Assembly (NCBI GenBank): GCA_951406725.2
Contig: OX597827.1
Coordinates: 26,846,001 to 26,910,000 of the forward strand
Reading direction: 5' to 3'
Length of the DNA stretch: 64,000 bases
Origin: Octopus vulgaris
Taxonomy: Eukaryota
Every line of letters begins with the position of its first letter. Position 1 is the first letter of the stretch. The notes beneath the pieces were generated by a model. It had not been told where the DNA came from. It searched no databases and was given only the letters and a program-made list of their open reading frames with translations. This document shows positions 51,882-64,000 of the stretch, one piece after another. Position numbers and translations under genes: made by a program.

Positions 51882-51963
51882 AACTACTACTAATTCTGCT
51901 GTCCTCTCCAACGCCAACACTATCACTCCGCCATCATTACTAATATTACTAAAAGTATCATAC

Positions 51964-51995
<32 letters not shown>

Positions 51996-52184
51996 TATTA
52001 TTATTATTATTATTAATACTACCACAACTACTACTACCACTAGTATTGCCATCAATACAATCAACGCTACGACGACGACGACCACCACCACTACAACAGC
52101 TAACATTGCTACCACTGCTGCGGAGTTCTTGTGCTACTTCCCCAATTCCAGTGCACAAAACACCTCATTACCTTCCAAACCGGT

Positions 52185-52235
<51 letters not shown>

Positions 52236-52255
52236 CCCACCCATAGACACTTATT

Positions 52256-52300
<45 letters not shown>

Positions 52301-52305
52301 TACAT

Positions 52306-52361
<56 letters not shown>

Positions 52362-52806
52362 GTACGTATTTATGCACACACATACAAACATCTATGGAGA
52401 ATGCATACACAAACAACCCATAAACATACGCATACATACACTCACACACACACACACCACATACATATTTACATGCACATAGCCACACACATACATGCAT
52501 ACGCTCATAGATCCATCCATCCATCCATACATACATACATACATACATACATACATACATACATACATACATACCAGCACACATGCACGCCCCACCAAAC
52601 ACAAGTCATACCGACACAGTAATTCTGTCAAGCCTCGTAATATTTGTGTCATGAGTCAGATAGACTGTCTGTCGTAGTAATAGTGGTGGTGGTGGTGGTG
52701 GTGGTGGTGGTGGTGGCGGTGCAGGCAGTGGTAGCAGTAGGAGTTGTGGGGAGGGGTGGTAGTGTGCATAGGTACATAGGGTTTATATACATACATATCA
52801 TATACA

Positions 52807-52841
<35 letters not shown>

Positions 52842-53836
52842 ACACTTGTGTGTGTGTGTGTGGAGGCTTCCGTTCGTTTCATTTATTCTTGTATTCCTGA
52901 CAGACCTTTCTCATTTCGAACACTTTCCTACACACGCACACACACATACACACACAATCACACATGCACGCACGCACACGCACAGACGAATACATTAAGC
53001 TCCAGCCTTTGTTTCAATCACCAGGATGCCCTAAATATGTGTGTTTGCGTGTGTGTGTCTTCACACACGTGGCTCTCATGCGTCTTTTGTTCTTTAACGA
53101 GCAATCGCGCCATCTCTTTTTCTCTCTACATAAGCATCATGGAGGCTTTCATTTGCTTCCATTCTCTATTGCGATTTATATCTTATCAATCTCTCTCTCT
53201 CTCTCTCTTTCTCTCACTATATATATATATATATGCATATATGAGTGTGTGTGTGTGTACCCAGACATACCCGTATCTATGTATTTATCTAGCTATCCAT
53301 CTAACCACCCCAATCTATCAGTATATATCGATTATATTTACCCAATGCTTTTCTCTTTGTGTGTGTGTATGCGTTGTGTGCATTGATATATATATATATG
53401 TATGTGTGTGTGTGCATTATATATATGAGTGTGCGTGTGTATCGATCGAGCTATGTATCATATCTACCCATCTCTTTATCAACATAGCTTTCTCTCTTTC
53501 TACACACACAAATGTAAACACACACGCACACACTCTCATACACACACACATGCGTGCGTGCGGGCGTCTGTATGCATTTGTGTATATAAGTGTGTGGGGT
53601 GGGGTGCAAGTGTGTGTGTGTGTGTGTGTGCTCTCTCCCTTCCTCTCTCTCATCTTCTCACTGTTACATCCTGATCCTGACATACTTTATGTCATATGAC
53701 ATACATATTACATAACTTCACAATTATTCTGACGCTCTTCCGAGTACATCCAGCTCGCCACCTCACACAACACCAGGCTTTTCCAACAGCCATACAATAC
53801 CACTGTACACCCTCTACTTTTCTTAACTCTTGCCTT

Positions 53837-53869
<33 letters not shown>

Positions 53870-54101
53870 ATTTCTATTTCTTCCTCCCCCTCTCTTTCTC
53901 TCTGCCCACTTTATACATGCACACCACACATATCTTCACACACACACACAGAGTCAAATTACCATTTTTTCCTCTTCTCCAGCTCTTCCTCCTTCTCTCT
54001 TTGAGCATCTACCTACCCATCCGCTCTCTCTTTCTCCCACGTATATGTATAAACAATACACACACATTATATGTAGATATATATATATATGCATATATAC
54101 G

Positions 54102-54154
<53 letters not shown>

Positions 54155-54213
54155 ATATATATACATATATACGTATATATATATGTATATATATACATAT
54201 ATACGTATATATA

Positions 54214-54267
<54 letters not shown>

Positions 54268-55539
54268 CGTATGTGTGTGCGTATAAAGTCCACCTTGTGT
54301 TTAACATTAGTAAACGAATATCGTTTTTTGTCTTTGAAATTTCTTTCAATAGCATCACGAACCATTAAAATGTAGCATAATAAAAATGTATTACATATAA
54401 AATCATACCAATGTTTGTAAATAGAGGAAAAAGAAGATTCTTAGGTTCAACCCACCTTTTATTTTATATACTCGTCCAGTCATCACCTCCTCTCCCTTCC
54501 TCTGCGTGTGTGTGCGTGCGTGTATGTGTGTACGACTGCTTATTCCATATGCGTCTACATTATTTAAACGTTTTATTGTAGCTCATTGTTCGTCTCCGTG
54601 CTATATTGGAGATCGCATTGGCAATGGATTGTCGCTTGATGGAAGCGTCATGCAATCACTTCCATGGTCAAGATATGACCTCGAAATACGGTTTCCTTTT
54701 TTTTTTTGTTATTCGATATAACTGTTTGTTGCTTTTCCTCTTTTGTTTTGTACGCAAATACTCGGCGGATCCCGTATATCTACGTGCATTTATGTACGCA
54801 TGTGTACATAAGTATGCCACCGCACATTTAATGCTCAAATATGTGGAAAGTAAATATTACGTTTATGTCGACGTATATGACGTATATATATATGTATGTG
54901 TGTCTGTATGAATATGCATATATGTGCGTGTGTGTGTATACATATGGCTATATGTACATATATTTATCCGTATAAATATGTAGATGTATATGTATTTATA
55001 TGTGTATATATATATGTATACATATGAATTTCTGGATGTATATGTATTTATATATGTGTATGTGTGTGTGAGAGAGAGAGACCGGAGAGAGAATATCTAT
55101 TTGAGTGCATATCTGGGTTTGTATGTATGTGTATGTGTTAATGTGTGTGTGTGTAATATATTTAAAGGAGAATAGGCAATATCTAAAAAGACTGCGTTAA
55201 AATACCTGACATATTTATTACACAGTTGTTATATAATTCCTCCTACACGCTTATTTAACGATTATAGCCCAACATACCCGTATCCGGGTATTGCAGCAAA
55301 ATGACAGCAGTTAATACTCTTTCCTCACGTTGATATTCCTTTATCCATTGCTCGGTGTCCCTTCTAAAATATTTGCTGTATTTTTCTTTTAAATTACAAC
55401 ATTAGGTATTGCTGCTGTTACAGTTGTTGTCATTATCGATGTTGCATGCAGTTGCTTCTAAATTAACGTTTCTGAAATAAAGCAGATTTCAAAAATGAAA
55501 TTAATCAGAAAACAAAGTTTCCGTCAATTGTAATTAGTA

Positions 55540-55880
55540 TCTTCATATTTTGCAAGACTATTTAAGTGGTGAGGTTCATGGTTTTACCTAGATTACTATA
55601 TGCACGAATATTCACATCTAAATACATTATTTGTGGCTTAAGAAGGTAACCAATGTTTTCATATGAAGAGATCTTCACAATTGTTAAGTGCACCATATGG
55701 AGAAGTACTTGTCTCCATTATGGACGAGAATACACCACATGTACGAGACTAAACGGGATTTTGAAATAAATGCACAGATCATAGAAGGTAACTTGTAATA
55801 ATATCTTGCAGTATCCTTGGAGATTTTGCAAATCAAAAATATTAATCCATACTTGCAGTTTTGAACACTCATTGTCAGTG
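55540..55880 (+). pseudogene. Highly decayed Tc1/mariner transposase fragment
   Basis: Frameshifted SGE/FYLDYYM, LW, DLH..KCTIW resemble FSDE..FHLxGYVN..W..LH..KxTVW. Confidence 0.3.
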
Positions 55881-55914
55881 TTCCATATTAGCGTATACGT
55901 TCGATATTGATTAG

Positions 55915-56210
55915 AGGAAAACTGAAAGAAGCCAGTCGTACATGTGTTTGTATGTGAAAGGGAGAGAGAGAAAGAGAGTATCTGTGCATATGTGTGTGTG
56001 CCTTCTTGTATACGTGTTTGTCCACCACCACAGCTCTACAACCGGTGTTGGTTTGTTAATATCCCTGTAACTTAGTGGTTCGGAGAAACAGACGGATAGA
56101 ATAAGTACCAGGCTTTAAAGAAAGTACTAGGATCGACTCGGTCCACTAAAAACTTCAATGCGGTGCCCCGGCATGGTCGTTGTCTAACGACTGAAACGAG
56201 GAAAAGATAA
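55915..56210 (+). mobile_element. SINE family A (3' two-thirds)
   Basis: GGAAAACTGAAAGAAGCCAGTCG...GTAACTTAGTGGTTCGG...GATAGAATAAGTACCAGGC...GACTGAAAC. Confidence 0.75.
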
Positions 56211-56254
56211 CACATATACATACTTGCATATATATACATACATTTATACATACC

Positions 56255-56450
56255 TATACTTTGTTAATGAAGCTGCAAAGACATCACTAAATCTGCTACT
56301 CAGAGTTTCATGTTCCCACTCGTCGGAACGGGAACGTGAAACTGAGTAACAGTTTTTGTTATGTCTTTGCAGCTTTATTAATAAAATATATTACTCTACA
56401 TCCGGTATTCGAGTGCTATTTTCCCCACCTTGTTTCACATTTATGTGCTT
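56255..56450. mobile_element. Penelope-like pLTR fragment forming a palindrome of about 135 bp with head-to-head hammerhead remnants
   Basis: TAATGAAGCTGCAAAGACATCAC..CTGCTACTCAG pairs with CTGAGTAACAG..GTTATGTCTTTGCAGCTTTATTA; same family as 31797-31970. Confidence 0.75.
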
Positions 56451-56483
56451 ACTCTGACACACGCACACCACACACCACGCACG

Positions 56484-56584
<101 letters not shown>

Positions 56585-56838
56585 TGGTGGGTTGGAACAA
56601 GTGTGCACCGATTCCTGCGAACCAGTTGTTTAGTATTGCTTTTAAAATAAGATGAGGTTGTTAACTTTTTGCTAGTCACTGAAGACATTTATTAGAGAAA
56701 GAGTCATAATGATCACAGAGTTTACTACAGAGTCCAAATGACTCACCTTGCCTCTATTCCCAGTCAACGATGCTAGATCTTAGGGATGGCGCATAAAGTT
56801 CATGAAGCGAAGCTTAAACATTTTAAACATTGTGTAAA

Positions 56839-57000
56839 TCTTACATATTAAAACTGAAAATGTCTGCGTTTGGATGTGTATCGGTATATCCTCATTTTGC
56901 GCCAAAACGGCTCGAGTGATTTTTCTTAAAATTCATACGCACATTGCCTATGTGTCTGGGGAGGTTTTAAGTATAAATTGATTTCGAAAAATGTTCGGGT
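56839..57000 (+). mobile_element. Possible non-autonomous Helitron 5' end
   Basis: A|TC..ATATTAAAACTGAAAATGTCTG...AAAACGGCTCGAGTGATTTTTCTTAAAATT resembles Lep1-type Helitron 5' regions (from recall). No CTAG/hairpin 3' end was found. Confidence 0.35.
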
Positions 57001-57309
57001 AAACGGCAGGAGGAATAACATGTGGGTGCGGTTGAATGGCGGGGGTAATTATTTTAAGCTTCCAAAGGAAATAACCCTTTCCCGCCTTCGTAAATTATTT
57101 GGTAAAAATGAAATTGAGTATAATTATTTCTTAGTATTTGAATTATTTTAGTTATTTTTTCAATTTATCCAGTACAATGCTTAAATAAGTTAATAGTATT
57201 CTCCTAAACAATAGATCCACTTACTTCGGTTAGTGATTTATTTACGAATATACCAACACTAGTGCTGCTGAGGGTAATGTTCTCTGGGAATGCACAAAAG
57301 CTTTTTTCA

Positions 57310-57800
57310 GTTTACATTCCTGTAACTTAGTGGTTTGGTAAAAGACACTGACAGAATGAGTACTAGGCCTCCAAAGAATAGATCCTGTAATTGATTTCTT
57401 TGACCAAGGGCGGTGCTCCAGCATGGCCACAGTCACATGACTTAAACAAGTAAAGTAATCAGCAGCTATCTCGTCGCCTTCACTTTCATTTCCTCAAAAT
57501 GAAATCTTTCTTTCAAGCGGGAAACTGAACGAAGCCTGTCCTAAATATATATACATACATGTGTGTGAGTATGTACATATGTGTATGCGTATGTGTGTGT
57601 GTGTCCTACCACTGCTTGGCAACCAGCGGTTGCTTGTTGATATCTCCGTCACGTAGCGTTTCGACAACAAGAGAGCGACAGAGTAAGTACTTGGCTCAGA
57701 AAATAAGTCTGTGCGTCGATTTGCTCGACCCGAACATTTACCAAATCTTCAAGGTGATGCCCCAGCATGGCCGCGGTCCAATGACAGAAACAAGTAAAAT
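57310..57800 (+). mobile_element. Two SINE family A 3' fragments (57310-57455, 57520-57800)
   Basis: GGCGGTGCTCCAGCATGGCCACAGTC and CCCCAGCATGGCCGCGGTCCAATGACAGAAACAAGTAAAA. Confidence 0.75.
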
Positions 57801-58803
57801 ATATAGATACTCCCTTACTTGCGCCTTTCTTTCGCACCACCGCCACCACCACAACTTCGATTCCTTTCTCTTTCATGATCGCCAATCATCTCGTTCTCCC
57901 CATTCGCTATATCTTCCTCACTCTGCCATCCTCCCCGATTCACTCTGTCTCATGTTCCTCATCCCCATACTCTCTCATCTCTCTCCCTCTCTTTCTTCCT
58001 TTCTCTCTCGTTCTCCTTCCGTCTCTCCCACCTCTTCCGCTATCCATATTCTATTGCCATCTGGTTGTTGTGCTAATTCAGCCATTCAGTGATCCACTTA
58101 GCTATTATTGTAAATGTGTGACATAATTCTTTCATTATTGATTAACTTATCAATACATACATATTTAAACATATCCTAGACGTATTTTCTGACAACACAC
58201 ACACACACACACACACACATACGCACGCAACGCATTTATACATATATATATATATATATGTAACCTGTCAGCTCAGGAGGTTAGAGTCTCGTGTGAATAT
58301 CGTGGTTTCAATTTCCATATTGGCTAGCTTTCAATTATTTTCAAGCTGATGTCCCAGCAGAGCTGTACTCCAATGGCTGTAACTAATAAGTGTGAGTGTG
58401 TGTGGCTTTACACACACACATACACACACATCATTTGCTAGTAGCCCAATAGCCATCGTAACTCAAGTGCTAGGAGTTTCGTGTCAGTGCTTTTCTAAAC
58501 TTGATATTCATTCGAACAATGATCAAGGCCCTTGAATCGCTCGCTGTACGTTCTCCGCAATTAGAATAATGCAACATGCTCTGATTGGAGGAAGAATATT
58601 ACTTCTTGGGTGAAAAATACTTCCTCATCTACTATTTCTTCTTCACCCTCATTATCTTCTCTCTCCCGCCTGATACACGCACACACACACACACACTCAC
58701 CTATTATTTTAAGGAAATCAATTACCCCCAAAATATTAATTATTGAGCCAGTATTTCCTTGGATGACGCCATCCCTTCATGAGGCTAACATAACCTCTAA
58801 ATT

Positions 58804-58839
<36 letters not shown>

Positions 58840-58851
58840 TATTTTATTTTA

Positions 58852-59261
58852 TTCTTTTACTTGATTCAGACATTTGACTGCGGCCATGCTGGAGCATCGC
58901 CTTAAATGGGGTTTTCTTAGTCGAAAAAATCGACCCCAGGACTTATTCTCTGTAAGCCTGCAACTTATTCTATCGGTTTCTTTCGTCAAACCACTAAGTT
59001 ACGGGGACGTAAGCATACCAACATCGGTTGTCAAGCGATGGTGGAGAAACAAAAGACACAAAGACACACATACAGAAATATATATATATATATATATATT
59101 ACGACGGGCTTCTTTCAATTTCCGTCTACGAAATCCACTCACACCGCTTTGGCCGGCCCGAGGCTATAGAAAACACTTTCTGAAGGTGCCACGCAGTGGG
59201 ACTGAACCTAGAACCATGTGGTTGAGAAGCTTGCTTCTTACCACACAGCTACGCCTGCACC
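58852..59261 (-). mobile_element. SINE family A, full length
   Basis: Colinear reverse complement of 33457-33890. Confidence 0.9.
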
Positions 59262-59553
59262 TGGAGTTGCTTTCATGTCGAGTCATAATAAAGAAAATTT
59301 AGATGAAGCTGAACGATTCGTAGAATGCATATTTTTTATCGTTATATATTGGGATGATCATTTTTTCTTGGCAGTTAAACACGCTCACTGTTTATTCGTT
59401 CTTCACTTGTTTATTCCTGTCCTTATTTTATGTCTATTCTCTGGAAATCTTTCGCCACTCACCTGTGACCTCTTCTGCTACTTTCTATCTCACGTGTCTC
59501 CTATTCTGTTTAGTCCATTCCCAAAATATAGCAATATATGTTTCAACCCACTA

Positions 59554-59930
59554 CAGGATGATTCAAAAGTCGCCATTCATAGGAATAATTTATCTTTTTT
59601 CTTTTATAAAAAACAGCTTATAAGAACAGGTTTTTTTTATTTAACAGGCTCTGAATGGTTACAATTGTTTTGATTACACATTGCAATACGTTTACCCCAC
59701 TCATTGTGAACTCGTAATTGCACATCTGGTGACACGTATGCAAATGAGTTGGTGATGCGTTCCTTCAAATGATTTAGGTCTTTTATCTTTCCACGATACA
59801 CCATACCTTTCAAATGCCCCCAAAGATAGAAATCGGGAGGGGTCAGATCAAGGGATCTAGGGGATCTTATAAACTGTTTCATTATAAAAAGTAATTTTCT
59901 CCTATGTGTGGAGACTTTTAAATCATCCTG
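59554..59930 (-). mobile_element. Internally deleted Tc1/mariner element (377 bp) retaining both TIRs and the transposase C-terminus
   Basis: TA|CAGGATGATTCAAAAGTCGCCATTCATAGG ... CCTATGTGTGGAGACTTTTAAATCATCCTG|TA; ORF 59637-59882 contains PRSLDLTPPDFYLWGHLKGMVY...LKERI...RIAMC. Confidence 0.9.
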
Positions 59931-60374
59931 TATTTCACATTAGGAATCCTTGAAAAGCAAATTCATAAACCTAACATATTTATTCTTCTTCTACAAGAAT
60001 ACTCTTCGCAGAGGCTTTGAAGTTTCGGCTTTCTTAACCCTCATCCGATGAAGAGTAAAAGCAGGGCTGAAACTTCGAAATCACCATCAACACTATATTT
60101 ATGGAAGAAGTAGGTGTATACACATAGTCCATGTTTAATAGCTTCCGTCTCTCTCGTCCCTTCCTCTCTCCCTTTCTCTCTCCCCCTCTCTCCCCCTCAC
60201 TCTATTGGTCATACAGACTGCATTTATTCTCCTGACTCTCGTTCCTCATTCTTTTGCCTTGTCTTGAAGTGCACAGCTGTGAATGTTTAGGCCTGTTTAT
60301 GTGCGAACCAGGCGCTGTTTGTCATAGAATGGTAAACATACGTGACGGCGTTTATAAACCTAAGTAGGTGAGTA

Positions 60375-60420
<46 letters not shown>

Positions 60421-60568
60421 CATATACATACATACATACATACATATATACATATACACACGCACACACACACATATATATAAGAGTGAATATCTATATT
60501 CTCAAAGACATATACATAATGATTTACGTATGCTTTCTTACGCATATTTATATCTTCCGGGTTTCTCC

Positions 60569-60729
<161 letters not shown>

Positions 60730-61055
60730 GATGCGTATATGTGTGTTTGAATGTATACATATGTGTCTACGAACAAATGTGCATGTTTTGGAATTGGGGG
60801 TGGCGTATATACATACACGTTGGCACACAATATGCATGGACATAACGGTTGTGGTGGGTGGGGGTGCTTTTGTCGCTGAGTCTGCTTACGTTTTGTCCTT
60901 TACGCAATTACTGGCTATACGTATGGACAGCACAGAGAGACATAGAGAGGCGGAGGGGCGGAGACAGACAGATAAACGGACGGACAGCCAGACAGACAGA
61001 CAGAAGATAGGTAGTAGACAGACAGAGAGAGAGAGATACAGAGAGAGATAACGAA

Positions 61056-61179
<124 letters not shown>

Positions 61180-61530
61180 TTTGGTAGACAGACAGACAGA
61201 TATCTACACCGACAGTCAGACGCACTGAAACACACACACATACGTACACACACACATACACACGCATTAATGCATATGTTCTTTGTTCACGCTTCAAAAG
61301 ACATCTCTCCGCCTTCTTTCCGATCGTTATGTAGTCAGGTTATATTAAAAACCCACAAACAGCCGAGTAAAACAGCTTTGTGAAGTATATGATGAGGTCA
61401 CGTTTATTGACAGAGGACCACCATCTTGGTTACCATTAAACACAGTAACCGTTGCTACACGGAGGATTCTCCGCATGACTGGACACTGGATGTTGTTATT
61501 TCCACACACACACACACAACACACTCAAAC

Positions 61531-61581
<51 letters not shown>

Positions 61582-61600
61582 TAAACACATACATACGTAC

Positions 61601-61652
<52 letters not shown>

Positions 61653-62454
61653 CCCACCACTGACCTGTCCTAATCATAGAGGCCAGGATCTCTCAACGCA
61701 CGTCCCCCTTTAATCCTCGTCATTCACACTATGTTCCCACCCTCAGCCAGCTTCCCCACCCGTCCCATGATGCATTGCACTAAGTACAACCTTCAGACTT
61801 CCTTTACCACTACGTCGTTCTTTTGGAATTTCCTTCCTGCAAAACGGCTTTCTTGTGGCTTTCGATCGACCATTGTTGAAGAGACACATTAACCGTTTCA
61901 TCGGTCTCTAAAGACCTGTGAAGGCCATAAGCACCGCACAGTCTCTCCTTTGTGACCAGCCCAATAAAAAAAAAAGGAAAGAGAAGGAAACAAAATGGAT
62001 GACGTTCCAATCGTTATCGTCCCATCTTTTGTACAGCCAGTCTGCATCTCCTTCGATATTTTCTAAAGCGTTCTATTTTTGTTTTGTGTTTCGGTTTGGT
62101 CATTTTTTTTTTTTTGCCAAATAAACACACGCACTATAACTTTGTTCTTTATTCGTTTGTTTCTCTTCTTATTCTAACTCATCTCCATTGTCCGGAAATC
62201 TTTCGTCACCCTTCTCTGACCTCTTCAACGATACTTTTCCTCTTCGTGTGTGCTCTTGCTCCACTTATTTCATTCTGTTTTTCTATGATGTGTATCCTTA
62301 TGTGCGTATGCATTTGCGTCGATAAGATGTAATTTCTGGAGGACTTGGCTGCTATTTTTAGCAGGACGTACAACCATATCAAACTTTCCTCTTTCCCTCG
62401 TTTTATGCACTGGTTATTGCTATTTAAGATGCCAAATGCTTTTTAGCTTGTACC

Positions 62455-62778
62455 TTTTACTTGGTTCAGTCATTACACTGCGACCATGCTGGGGCATCGC
62501 CTTAAAGAATTTTCAGTCGAACGAATCGACAATGGAATTTTAAGCATTTTTAGGCTGGTATTCTTTTGCCGAACCGCTAAGTTACGGGGGCGTAAACACA
62601 CCGGCTGTCAAGTGGCAGGGGTGAAAAAAAAACAGACACAAACACACAAAACAGGCTTCTTTCAGTTTCCATCCAGCAAATGTTGAAGACACTTGCGCAA
62701 GGGGTCACACTGTGGGACCGAACCTGAAACCATGTGGTTGGGAAGCAAGTTTCTTACCACACAGCTACGTCTGCGCCT
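62455..62778 (-). mobile_element. SINE family A, internally deleted
   Basis: TTCAGTCATTACACTGCGACCATGCTGGGGC...GAACCGCTAAGTTACGGGG...AAACCATGTGGTTGGGAAGCAAG...CTGCGCC. Confidence 0.85.
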
Positions 62779-62993
62779 AATATAAATATGTGTGTGCGCG
62801 TGCGTGTATAGAGATGCTACGGTGTGGTTTAAAGAGAATTTAACTGCTATTTCTAACATGACAATTATCCATGTAAGGGCTCTTCATTTACTCTTCGTGT
62901 GTATCAGCTGAAGATTTTTTGCCAGAATCTAAGCACTCTCTGTATCAAAGCCCATTCTAATGAGCTTGGAGTATGTAGCGCGTTCCATTTCAG

Positions 62994-63067
62994 TGAACTC
63001 TGCGGCTAATACAGATTTAATTATTAAACGCTTAGTCGAGGAGACAAATGTCAACGTGACCTTTCAG
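62994..63067 (+). other. Candidate 74-nt exon (unverified)
   Basis: TTCCATTTCAG acceptor, CAG|GTAAG donor, open frame [25 protein letters not shown]; no recognised homolog. Confidence 0.2.
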
Positions 63068-63132
63068 GTAAGGTTGACTTGACCTCACTAGATACATACA
63101 TACATACATACATACATACATACATACATACA

Positions 63133-63190
<58 letters not shown>

Positions 63191-63805
63191 CATATATATG
63201 TATATAAATAAATTAATAAATAAATAAAACATATGCATATATACATACATATATGTACGTACCTACCTCTACATGTATATATACATGCATATATGGGTAC
63301 AGGACACCAAAACAACCTCAAACACAATGAGAAACGAAAACATAAACACAAAACCAAGGATATGGACATTTTTCTTAAACACAGAAAAAATAGAGTACAG
63401 GACATACAAAACAAGGAAAATTCCCCTTCTTCAGTCGCCTTTGTTTCATCTACTCCACGTTCGAAGGTTATATATATATATATATATATATATATGCATT
63501 TATAGAGAGAGACAGCTATACAGACAGACAGAGATGGTCATTTTTGGGGCCGAATAAACACACGCACTATATATTTGGGCTTTATAAGGACACATCTTGG
63601 ATTGTAATCCTTATATATACATATATACATGCATATATGTCTGTGTGAATGTGTGTATGCATGTGTGCGGTGCTTCAGCATGGCTGCAGTCAAATGACTG
63701 AAACAAGTAAAATAAAGGAATACACGCACACACACACACACGTACTTCTATATTACATAATACACATGCATATGTGAGATCTTTCTCTCCCTTCTTTTCC
63801 TCCGA

Positions 63806-63837
<32 letters not shown>

Positions 63838-64000
63838 CTTCCGTTTAAACCCCGGTTCTTGTATTTATCTCAGCGGGTGTCAAACTCCACACCACCCCAC
63901 CACCGGCTAATAACCCTATTTGAGTCTTGTCCCCTCATGTATTATTTTCCTTCTTATCTTTTTACTGGTTATTTCATACTGTGTGATAGTTGGGGTGAGA

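Noticed and set aside
52644-53699. Longest ORF (351 aa), and the many [16 protein letters not shown] ORFs
   Set aside because: These are translations of stop-poor microsatellites, with no domain-like sequence.

Overview
AT-rich, microsatellite-saturated eukaryotic DNA. The dispersed repeat families match, from memory, those of Octopus (coleoid cephalopod); this is an inference, not a database hit. I recognise no intact host protein-coding gene, rRNA, true tRNA or CRISPR array, and almost every supplied ORF is a translated (TA)n/(CA)n/(GATA)n/trinucleotide tract. The window looks intronic or intergenic. Contents: (i) dozens of SINE copies from about 4 families; (ii) decayed LINE pieces (R4/Dong-like with REL endonuclease, CR1-type 3' end, RTE-X-type 3' end); (iii) DNA-transposon relics and MITEs (Tc1/mariner, pogo/Tc2-like, hAT, and a Merlin/MULE-like MITE nested in a palindromic MITE); (iv) a probable solo LTR. 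The most interesting signal is a set of minimal type-I hammerhead ribozyme (HHR) motifs of the Penelope-like element (PLE)/retrozyme kind, from several unrelated families. They include one fully canonical copy (minus strand 31797-31840), a tandem pair 197 nt apart with a variant core (35816-36050), palindromic head-to-head doubles (56255-56390, 60012-60082) and several decayed copies. Repeat boundaries are by-eye estimates (about +/-10-20 nt) unless exact motifs are quoted.
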